From NCBI GenBank assembly GCA_964628775.1, contig CAZVOT010000001.1:1-28206 (forward strand): a stretch of 28,206 nt of DNA, read 5' to 3'. Source of the stretch: Candidatus Woesearchaeota archaeon. GTDB lineage: Archaea; Nanobdellota; Nanobdellia; CAZVOT01. Under the pieces are notes generated by a model that made no database searches, was not told the DNA's origin, and saw only the letters and a program-made list of their open reading frames with translations. The position numbers and the translations under genes were made by a program. Of this stretch, positions 7,938 to 16,022 are shown piece by piece (positions within the stretch are counted from its first letter, which is position 1; the number at the start of each line of letters is the position of its first letter).

Positions 7938-9055
7938 AAGCAGATAAAATTGGAATACAAAAAATAAAAACTCTGGCAGGAACAGATACCGTAGAAGTTA
8001 AGTTATATTCTGGAAGTAATATAACAAAAGCAAGTTCGCCTGCTGGAACTTCTTTTGGAAAGTATGAGACTCCGGCTTTTCCAGGAGGAATTGAAAAATG
8101 TTTATTAGAATTCAACAAAATAAAAAATAAAATAATGGAATTTGATGTTTCTGAACAGAAAAATCTTGATGAATTTTTGAAAAAAAATTATGATAGAATT
8201 GGAGGGAGTGTATCTCTTTCTGTATCTATTGCTTTTTTTAGGATGAATGCTTTAGTTCAGAATAAAGAACTTTATGAGTCATTCGGAGGGAAAAAATTTT
8301 CAATGCCAATATTATTATCCAATATAATAGGAGGAGGAGTTCACTCCAAGGACGGAGCAGATATACAGGAATTTCTTGTTTTTGAGCCAAAAGCAAAAAG
8401 TTTTCAGGAGAGTTTTTTTAAAAATATGAGCGCTTACAAACTGATTGAAAAAAAATTACAATCAAAAATAAAAGGAAAAAATATTGAATTTGCTTATATT
8501 GTTGATATGAACACAGAGGAGATTTTAGATAATTTATCACAAATCTGTGATTTTTACGGACTAAAAATTGGACTTGATGTTGCCGCCAACTCGTTATTTG
8601 ACGGGAAGAATTATGTTTATAAAAAGGACAAGAAAGTGCTTTCTTTTGAAGAGCAGAGAATGTACTTAAATTCCTTGATTGATAAGTATAATATCCAGTA
8701 TATAGAGGATCCTTTAAATGAGGATGATTTTTCTGGTTTTGGCAAAATAAAATGCAGAATGGTTTGTGCTGATGACTTGACTGCAACAAATAGGTTTAGG
8801 CTTAAAAAAGCAGGAAAATATGTGAATTCTTCAATAGTAAAGCCCAATCAAATAGGAAATGTAAGCGATACAATTGCTTATGTTAAAGAGTGCAGAAAGA
8901 TGAAAATAACACCTGTTGTTTCCCACCGCTCGCAGGAAACTGATGATGATTTTATCGCACATTTGGCTGTCGGCTTTTCAATCCCTTTTGTTAAGATAGG
9001 ACTAAACAGAATTTCAAAATTAAACACATTGAGAGATATTGAGGAGAGATTATGA
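7934..9055 (+). CDS. eno: Enolase (short, divergent)
   Basis: GGGVHS, IQEF, GLDVAA, IEDP, ADDL, VKPNQIG, SHRSQET, VKIG. TTG start overlapping the upstream TGA. Confidence 0.9.
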   Translation: MKADKIGIQKIKTLAGTDTVEVKLYSGSNITKASSPAGTSFGKYETPAFPGGIEKCLLEFNKIKNKIMEFDVSEQKNLDEFLKKNYDRIGGSVSLSVSIAFFRMNALVQNKELYESFGGKKFSMPILLSNIIGGGVHSKDGADIQEFLVFEPKAKSFQESFFKNMSAYKLIEKKLQSKIKGKNIEFAYIVDMNTEEILDNLSQICDFYGLKIGLDVAANSLFDGKNYVYKKDKKVLSFEEQRMYLNSLIDKYNIQYIEDPLNEDDFSGFGKIKCRMVCADDLTATNRFRLKKAGKYVNSSIVKPNQIGNVSDTIAYVKECRKMKITPVVSHRSQETDDDFIAHLAVGFSIPFVKIGLNRISKLNTLRDIEERL

Positions 9056-10231
9056 GGAATTATTTTCTACCGGCTTTTTTTCACAGATTAATTCATGTTT
9101 TAGCAAATCATTTAATGTTTTAAATTGTTTTGAACAAAATTTGCATTTTCCCTCTCTTAATATAGCATCTAAATATACCATTCTAAAATAAAGAGAATTT
9201 ACCAAATCTTCTGAAAGTTTTTCTTCATCAATTTTTTTAAAAAGAGTATTAGAATTATTTTTTAATTTATTTTTTATTTTTAAAGAGGATATATCTATAT
9301 TAACTTTTTCAATCCTCTCTTTTAAAGTTGGATGAGATGAAAATAATGATGTTTTTTCTTTTTTTAATATTTCTTCTTTTATCTTATTAGTATCTTCTTT
9401 TTTATAATTTTCATAAATTAATTTGTATACATTTACACAACTTTTTTTTTCTTTTATAAGTTTAAAGATATCTTCACTTCCTTTTTTGTTAAAATAATAT
9501 GAATAAGCAGAGTAATTTAACAAAGCATTTGCAAATGTTTTTTTACCAGAAAATTTTGAAGATATATAATCCGCTCTATACTCAACTTGTCTGGAATAAA
9601 TTGAAGTAAAAATATTGAATATAAATAGATAACATCTTAAAAATAAAATTAAATATAAGTTAAGTAAAATATTTGCAGGATGCCGGGATTTTTTTATTGA
9701 ATTTTTTCCAAAATTGTATAAACTGACAAGAGATATATTTATTTTTGAAAAAATAGAACTAATAACTGTATCTTTTCCATAGAAATGTCCAAATTCATGG
9801 TATAATATAGATTCTAACTCTTTCTTTGAAATTGCTCTTAAAGTTGTGATACCCAAACCTAATATTTTTTTGTTAAAACCAGATACGTATATATCTGCAG
9901 TTGGAAGAATTATTACTTTGGATGGTATTTTTACATTTAAATCTCCGGAAATTTTTTTTATTATTTCAAATAGTTCCTCATTATCCTCTTCATTTATTTT
10001 TATACCTTTTTCACTGGATTTCAAAAAAAGAGAATATACAAGAGGAATCAAAAAAATTATAATGAGTATAAATCCTGTTTTTGAAAAAATAAAAATAATC
10101 TCTTTTCTTTCAGCGAAAACCCCCAAAAAATATAAAAATAAATACATTGAAAAAATAATCAGCAATGAAAAAATTAAACTAGAATAAATTCTTAATCTGG
10201 TATCTTTTGGAATTTTTATTTTTTTATTCAA
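9050..10231 (-). CDS. M48/HtpX-family membrane zinc metalloprotease with C-terminal Cys/His finger
   Basis: N-terminal TM helices, HEFGH (HExxH), EYRAD, SHPTLKERI; ends CKFC-x12-HELIC. Confidence 0.85.
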   Translation of the reverse strand: MNKKIKIPKDTRLRIYSSLIFSLLIIFSMYLFLYFLGVFAERKEIIFIFSKTGFILIIIFLIPLVYSLFLKSSEKGIKINEEDNEELFEIIKKISGDLNVKIPSKVIILPTADIYVSGFNKKILGLGITTLRAISKKELESILYHEFGHFYGKDTVISSIFSKINISLVSLYNFGKNSIKKSRHPANILLNLYLILFLRCYLFIFNIFTSIYSRQVEYRADYISSKFSGKKTFANALLNYSAYSYYFNKKGSEDIFKLIKEKKSCVNVYKLIYENYKKEDTNKIKEEILKKEKTSLFSSHPTLKERIEKVNIDISSLKIKNKLKNNSNTLFKKIDEEKLSEDLVNSLYFRMVYLDAILREGKCKFCSKQFKTLNDLLKHELICEKKPVENNSS

Positions 10232-10296
10232 TATAAAAGTTAATACTTTTAGATTTATAAAAATTTTTTAATTAAATTCTATCAATTAGGAATTGA

Positions 10297-10791
10297 TTAA
10301 TAAATTTCAGAAATCAGTTCTTTGGGCAGTATACTTGTAATTTTTGAAAGTTCTAAGAAAAGAGAAACTTCGCATGGATGGGTTAAATTGAATTCTCTTA
10401 TTGTTTCTCTCAAGGAATTTTCATTGTACTTGATAAAATGTATACTCTGTACATCAAGTTCTTTTTTCTTTTTGTCATTAAAAATTTTATTTATTTCATC
10501 TTTTGATAGATTCACTCTTATTCTTGCGTGAAGTTCCGGTTTTCTAACTTTCCAGGTTTTTGGATTCTCCCATTTATCCTGGCGCCACATAAATAATTTA
10601 TCATTTGAAAGGGCATTTACTTCAATTGAATCTATATCAAAATGTTCTTCTTCTAAAATTCCAAGTTCTTCAAAAAGTTCTCTTGACATTTCTTCAACTG
10701 GGTGAGTTCCAGCAAGTTCAATATTTCCTCCAAAAACATGATAAGCACTGGGATAGAATGGCGTGTTATTTCCTCTTTTTGAAAGAGGCAT
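10297..10791 (-). pseudogene. N-terminally truncated duplicate of the Nudix gene at 13937-14899
   Basis: 164-aa ORF nearly identical to the C-terminal half of that protein; its ATG overlaps the PMK 3' end. Confidence 0.6.
10297..10791. repeat. Direct repeat copy 1 (offset 3640 bp from copy 2)
   Basis: 10335-10746 is identical to 13975-14386 (412 bp by manual comparison); both margins are diverged but alignable. Confidence 0.95.
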
Positions 10792-11905
10792 CTTCTTTTA
10801 TTCCTTCTTTGTCAATTTCAGCAGAAATAACATAAATCCCTGATTTTCTCCATTCAGATTCTATTTTATTCTTAATTTCATCAGAAAAACAAAGAGCAAT
10901 ACCGCAATCTCCACCACCTGCTCCTGATAATTTTCCAGCTCCTTTGTTTTTATCTGCAATTTCACAGAGTAATTTTAATTTTTCAGTTTCAATTTTTATA
11001 TTTGATTTTTTTCCAAGTAAAGATAATAATTTTTCATTTTCTTTTATTAATTCTAATATTTTGTTTTCATTTTCAGTTTTTAATGAAAAGATAAGTTGTT
11101 CTGTTAAAATTTTGATTTTATTGATTATTTCAAAATATTGGGATTCTCTTTCTGATTTAAATTCTTTCATTTTTTTTATCATTTCTGATGTTGATGCAGA
11201 ACTTCCTGTAAAACCAATTGATAATTTAAGATTTTTTGGAATTGCAGCATTTTTAACATAAAAACCATTCCACTTGGAATCAACAATGTCCTTTATACTT
11301 CTTTTTTGTTCAAATTGACTTAAAAACCAGTCCTGATAAAAAGTCCTGTAAACTAAAAATCCACCGAATACAGAAGCAGCAATATCAAAGCAGGAGCCGG
11401 ATTTTCCCTGAGCAAAATAATGAGCTATTGCTGAAAGTTTATATATCAGTTCTTTTGATTCTTTTTTTTCAATATCAAAATTATTGAATTTCAATATAGA
11501 TGAGATTATTGAAACGACAGATGCAGCAGAAGAACCAAAGCCGATTTTTTTTGATTCACTGTTGATATTTATTCTTGTTTCTTTTCCAGATGTTTCGAGT
11601 TTAAAGGGGTTTATTTTTTTGAGATAGGCATAAACTGTTTCAACTGCGGAGTTTGTGAATTTCAAAATCTCTTTTTGTTTATCTGTTAACTCCTTTAAAT
11701 AAACTAATTTTCCTTCTATAATTTCAGCAGGTATATTTCTTATGTTAAAATCTAAAAGGGAGAGGTATATGTTATTATCTTTTGATTCTGAAACTGATGA
11801 ATATATTCTTTTATTTACAGCACAGACAACTGCTAAATTATCTTTTTCTAAAATACTCCACTCTCCTGAAATCATAAGTTTTCCTGGGGCTGAAACTTTT
11901 ATCAT
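10766..11905 (-). CDS. mvaK2: Phosphomevalonate kinase (ERG8-like GHMP type, Gram-positive/mvaK2 style)
   Basis: SAPGKLMISGEW, KKIGFGSSAA, HYFAQGKSGSCFDIAASVFGG, GFTGSSAST, KLSGAGGGDCGIAL. Confidence 0.88.
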   Translation of the reverse strand: MIKVSAPGKLMISGEWSILEKDNLAVVCAVNKRIYSSVSESKDNNIYLSLLDFNIRNIPAEIIEGKLVYLKELTDKQKEILKFTNSAVETVYAYLKKINPFKLETSGKETRININSESKKIGFGSSAASVVSIISSILKFNNFDIEKKESKELIYKLSAIAHYFAQGKSGSCFDIAASVFGGFLVYRTFYQDWFLSQFEQKRSIKDIVDSKWNGFYVKNAAIPKNLKLSIGFTGSSASTSEMIKKMKEFKSERESQYFEIINKIKILTEQLIFSLKTENENKILELIKENEKLLSLLGKKSNIKIETEKLKLLCEIADKNKGAGKLSGAGGGDCGIALCFSDEIKNKIESEWRKSGIYVISAEIDKEGIKEDASFKKRK

Positions 11906-11911
11906 TTTTAG

Positions 11912-12919
11912 TCAAAATAGGTGTTCTTCAGTTAAATATGCGGATTTTCCGCATTTTAATTCATAAATTTCTTTAATTCCTTTTATTTTCCTGCATTCTG
12001 AAATTATTTTTTTTGCATCTTTTTCAAGACATATAATCTTGAGCTGTGGTCCAGCATCCATTGTAAAATAACATTCAATTCCTTTCTTGTTTATTTCATC
12101 AATTTTATAAATAATCTCTTTTGTTTTGTCATTTATGTAAATAATTGGAGGATTTGTAGTCAGCATTACTGCGTGCATTTTGAGGCAGTTTTCCTGCGCT
12201 GTTTTTCCAAGAAGAGAAAAATCTTTTTCAATTATCGCTTTTCTTGTTTTCTTTAAATCATCTTCAATTGAAGAAAGCCAGGAACTTTTGTAAATAGGAC
12301 TTGTTTTTACACTCTGAGACATACCTGCTCTTGATTTTATTTTTTTTTCTTTTTTTGAAGTTACACAAGCAATTAATCTGAGTTCTTTCCAATGATTCTC
12401 ATCTCTTATTGTTTCTGCATAAGAGTCCTTTCCGTCTTTTCTTTTTCCTTTTTTCCATTCAACAAAACCGCTTGGAATTGAACGAGAAGCAGAACCAGAA
12501 CCCCTTCTTGCTAAAATTGAAAGTTCTTTTTTATCAAGTCCTAAATTTAAAGCAGAATTTACTGCAAGAGAAAGAGCTGCAAAACCTGATGCTGATGATG
12601 CAAGTCCTGCTGATGTAGGGAAGTTGTTTTCTGTTTTTATTTTGACATTTTGTTTTATTTTAAATTCTTCCCGGATTATATTTAAAAATTTTTCAATGTA
12701 TTCTTTATAATCCTCTGAATTTTTATTTAATTTGTTATTATTTAGAATAAATATATCCTCTTTATATTTATTATCAAATTCAACAGTTGTTTTAGTAGTC
12801 ATTTTATCCAGAGTCATACTTATACTGCTGTTATACGGAAGAATAAGTTTGTCATCTCTTTTTCCCCAGTATTTAACAAGAGCAATATTTGAATTTGCTG
12901 CAGCCGAGGCTTTCATCAT
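11912..12919 (-). CDS. mvaD: Diphosphomevalonate decarboxylase
   Basis: SNIALVKYWGK, LPYNSSISMTL, NNFPTSAGLASSASG, ARRGSGSASRS, SRAGM, FTMDAGP. Start probably ATG 12919 or 12916. Confidence 0.9.
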   Translation of the reverse strand: MMKASAAANSNIALVKYWGKRDDKLILPYNSSISMTLDKMTTKTTVEFDNKYKEDIFILNNNKLNKNSEDYKEYIEKFLNIIREEFKIKQNVKIKTENNFPTSAGLASSASGFAALSLAVNSALNLGLDKKELSILARRGSGSASRSIPSGFVEWKKGKRKDGKDSYAETIRDENHWKELRLIACVTSKKEKKIKSRAGMSQSVKTSPIYKSSWLSSIEDDLKKTRKAIIEKDFSLLGKTAQENCLKMHAVMLTTNPPIIYINDKTKEIIYKIDEINKKGIECYFTMDAGPQLKIICLEKDAKKIISECRKIKGIKEIYELKCGKSAYLTEEHLF

Positions 12920-12989
12920 TAACTTAATAAAAAACACATTATTAAAATTTTTGAAAAGATATTTAATTTCTTGTTTTTTATAGTTATCT

Positions 12990-13940
12990 ATGTTTGAATC
13001 AAAATCAGCGGGAAATCTTTTTCTTTTTGGGGAACATGCAGTTGTTTATGGAAAACCTGCGGTAATAACCTCTGTTGATTTAAGAACAAAATGTTCTCTT
13101 GAAAAAAAAGACAGCGGGATTTCAATAAACTCAAAGGAACTTGGAACTGCAGAGGAAATAAATGGAGAAAAAACAGGAAATCCTGATTTATTCATTCTTC
13201 TTGATTTTTGCAGGGAACTTCTTTTTAAGTTTGAAATGACTTCTGGACTTAATATTTATATTGAATCAGAAATACCTGTTGCAAGCGGTATGAGTTCTTC
13301 AACAGCAGTTTTATGTTCAATTTTATCTGCTTTTTCAAAAGAATTTAACCTTAGTATAGAAAAAAAAGATTATTACAATTTAATCATAGAATCACAGAAA
13401 AAAATTCACGGAGGCAAGGCATCAGGTTCAGAAATAATAAGCAGTTCAATCGGCGGTTTTAATTATTTGTCTTTTAAAGATGGAAAATTAAATATTGTTG
13501 AACTTGATAAACTGCCTATTGATGTTGTAATAGGTGATACAGGAATTTCTATGAAAACTTCAACAACTGTTGGAGGATATATACCGAATTTAATGAAAGA
13601 AAAACCAGAGTTTGTTAAAAATGCTTTTGATAGAATTGAGGAAATATGCAACAGAGGAGTAGAGGCGATAAAAAGAAAAGATTTTGCTTTAATCGGACAA
13701 TTAATAAATGAAAACCAGAATGTTCTTTTCTCACTTGGACTTTCGCATCCAAAAATAGACTTGGCTGTAAAAAATGCTCTTTTGGCTGGTGCTTACGGCG
13801 CCAAACTCTCCGGCAAAGGACAAGGAGGGATTATGTTTGCAATAACAGATAAAGAACACAAAGAAAAAGTTGCTTTGGCAATAGAAGATTCAGGACTTAA
13901 AGTAATAAAAACAAAAATCGGAACAGAAGGATTAATCTAA
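12990..13940 (+). CDS. mvk: Mevalonate kinase-like GHMP kinase (atypical motifs)
   Basis: LFGEHAVVYGKPA, SEIPVASGMSSS, HGGKASG, GAKLSGKGQGG; next to mvaD and mvaK2. Confidence 0.75.
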   Translation: MFESKSAGNLFLFGEHAVVYGKPAVITSVDLRTKCSLEKKDSGISINSKELGTAEEINGEKTGNPDLFILLDFCRELLFKFEMTSGLNIYIESEIPVASGMSSSTAVLCSILSAFSKEFNLSIEKKDYYNLIIESQKKIHGGKASGSEIISSSIGGFNYLSFKDGKLNIVELDKLPIDVVIGDTGISMKTSTTVGGYIPNLMKEKPEFVKNAFDRIEEICNRGVEAIKRKDFALIGQLINENQNVLFSLGLSHPKIDLAVKNALLAGAYGAKLSGKGQGGIMFAITDKEHKEKVALAIEDSGLKVIKTKIGTEGLI

Positions 13941-14431
13941 TAAATTTCAGAAAGAAGTTCTTCTGGTTTTATATTTGTAATTTTTGAAAGTTCTAAGAAA
14001 AGAGAAACTTCGCATGGATGGGTTAAATTGAATTCTCTTATTGTTTCTCTCAAGGAATTTTCATTGTACTTGATAAAATGTATACTCTGTACATCAAGTT
14101 CTTTTTTCTTTTTGTCATTAAAAATTTTATTTATTTCATCTTTTGATAGATTCACTCTTATTCTTGCGTGAAGTTCCGGTTTTCTAACTTTCCAGGTTTT
14201 TGGATTCTCCCATTTATCCTGGCGCCACATAAATAATTTATCATTTGAAAGGGCATTTACTTCAATTGAATCTATATCAAAATGTTCTTCTTCTAAAATT
14301 CCAAGTTCTTCAAAAAGTTCTCTTGACATTTCTTCAACTGGGTGAGTTCCAGCAAGTTCAATATTTCCTCCAAAAACATGATAAGCTCCTGGGTAGAATG
14401 GGGTGTTATTTCCTCTTTTTGAAAGAGTTAT
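13937..14431. repeat. Direct repeat copy 2
   Basis: See copy 1; lies within the 3' half of the full-length Nudix gene. Confidence 0.95.
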
Positions 14432-14899
14432 ATAATCATCGCTTGAAATTACAAGAACATCAACTGCCAAGGGAGCTGATGGAACTTTATTGTCTTTGAA
14501 ATAATAAAAATAAGCAGGATTTTTTACTGCAAGAACTTCCGGGAAAGTTATTTGTGATACATCTAAGGTAAGTTCACTTTTTTTGAACATTTTTAGAGCA
14601 GTATAATTATAATTTTCTAATCTTGAAACAAAGCCCGGCCATATAAGCAGGTTTTCTTTATGATAAAGAGAATTATATTCTGTTTTTTTGTTGTATTTTT
14701 TATAAGGCTCAAATCTAAATTCTTCTCTTGGTGAATTTTGTTTTGTTATCCTTTCTTCTAAAATCATGTTCCAATTAGCATTTATTAAAAATTCAAGTCC
14801 TTCGGGCTTTTCTTTTGGTTCTACTACATTAACTTTGATATTATCTTTATATAAAGAAAAAATTTCATTTATTTCCCAGTCTTTTGTTGTGCAAATCAT
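13937..14899 (-). CDS. Nudix hydrolase, NUDT22-like architecture
   Basis: APLAVDVLVISSDDYITLSKRG...YPGAYHVFGGNIE...RELFEELGI (variant Nudix box) after an N-terminal domain. Likely start ATG 14899. Confidence 0.7.
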   Translation of the reverse strand: MICTTKDWEINEIFSLYKDNIKVNVVEPKEKPEGLEFLINANWNMILEERITKQNSPREEFRFEPYKKYNKKTEYNSLYHKENLLIWPGFVSRLENYNYTALKMFKKSELTLDVSQITFPEVLAVKNPAYFYYFKDNKVPSAPLAVDVLVISSDDYITLSKRGNNTPFYPGAYHVFGGNIELAGTHPVEEMSRELFEELGILEEEHFDIDSIEVNALSNDKLFMWRQDKWENPKTWKVRKPELHARIRVNLSKDEINKIFNDKKKKELDVQSIHFIKYNENSLRETIREFNLTHPCEVSLFLELSKITNIKPEELLSEIY

Positions 14900-14973
14900 A
14901 GTTTTAAAGTAAATTAAAAGATTTTTAAAACTACCTAAAAACAATAGTTTCTTTAATATGATTAGTGAAAAAA

Positions 14974-14981
14974 TTTAAAAT
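14974..14981 (+). promoter_or_regulatory. Putative TATA box of gpsA
   Basis: TTTAAAAT ending 22 nt before ATG 15004. Confidence 0.4.
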
Positions 14982-15003
14982 ATCTGTGTAATTTTAAAAT
15001 AAG

Positions 15004-15972
15004 ATGAAAATAACTGTTCTTGGTGCTGGTAATTGGGGGACTGCTTTTGCCAGAATTCTCTCTAAAAACAAACACGAGATTGTTATATGGACAATTGAAG
15101 AGGATGTTTTTCGCGATATAAATGAAAATCATGTTAATACAAAATATCTAAAAGGTGTAAATCTGCCAGAATCAATAAGAGCAGAAAGGGATTTAGGCAG
15201 TGCTGTTTCAAAAGCAGATTTTATTGTTATAGCTGTTCCTTCGCACATAGTTTCTATTGTTTCCAAACAGCTTGCAGAATTTTACAAAAATCAGCCCATT
15301 ATTGACCTTGCCAAAGGATTTGAACCGAATATCTTTCTCAGGATGAGCGAAACAATAAAAAAAGAGATTCCAAGTGCTGATGTTATCGCTCTTTCAGGCC
15401 CATCTATTGCAAATGAAGTTGCTTTAGATATTCCAACATCAGTTTCAATTGCTGGAGATAATAAAGAAACCTTAAAATTAGCAAAAGAGATTCTTGAATC
15501 AGAGAATTTCCATGTTTTTCCGAATAATGATATTATTGGCGTTGAAATGGGCGGAATTTTGAAGAATGTTATTGCTATTGCAGGAGGCATGTCTGACGGA
15601 CTTGGATTTGGCTGTAACACCAAGTCTGCCATTATCACAAATGGACTTAAAGAAATGAAAAGAATTGGTGTTTCTCTTGGAGCAAAAGAAGAAACTTTTT
15701 TTGAACTTTCCGGGATAGGAGATTTGATTGTAACTTCTATTTCAGAGGATGGAAGAAACAGGACTCTTGGCGAGAAACTAGGCAGGGGTATGACTCTTGA
15801 AGAGATAAAAAAAGAATCGCTTCAGGTTATGGAAGGAGTCAATGCCTGTTCATTGGCAATAAAGATTGCAGATGAGAAGAAAATTTCTGTTCCTATTACA
15901 AGGGAAATCTATGATGTTCTTTTTAATAATAAAAAGCCAATATCTGCTGTTAGAAAAATTCTTTCTTTATGA
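15004..15972 (+). CDS. gpsA: NAD(P)H-dependent glycerol-3-phosphate dehydrogenase (bacterial type)
   Basis: VLGAGNWGTA, NTKYL, AVPSH, LAKG.E, LSGPS.A.EV, DIIGVEMGGILKNVIAIAGG, GIGDLIVT, RNRTLG, EGV. Confidence 0.93.
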   Translation: MKITVLGAGNWGTAFARILSKNKHEIVIWTIEEDVFRDINENHVNTKYLKGVNLPESIRAERDLGSAVSKADFIVIAVPSHIVSIVSKQLAEFYKNQPIIDLAKGFEPNIFLRMSETIKKEIPSADVIALSGPSIANEVALDIPTSVSIAGDNKETLKLAKEILESENFHVFPNNDIIGVEMGGILKNVIAIAGGMSDGLGFGCNTKSAIITNGLKEMKRIGVSLGAKEETFFELSGIGDLIVTSISEDGRNRTLGEKLGRGMTLEEIKKESLQVMEGVNACSLAIKIADEKKISVPITREIYDVLFNNKKPISAVRKILSL

Positions 15973-16022
15973 ATTTATAAAATTCAATAAGATTTATAAT
16001 ATTATGTTCTTATCTGTTTGAT

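Noticed and set aside
10297-14431. Diversity-generating retroelement TR/VR pair
   Set aside because: Mismatches are not adenine-specific (C/G, C/T, G/A and T/G changes occur), the repeat is about 490 bp with an invariant core, and no reverse transcriptase is in the window.
10297-14431. Composite transposon
   Set aside because: The flanking repeats encode Nudix sequence, not a transposase; no terminal inverted repeats or target-site duplication seen.
13937-14899. Type-1 IPP isomerase
   Set aside because: It lacks the IDI1 Cys-x-x-His-Pro and His metal motifs; the architecture fits NUDT22-like Nudix better.
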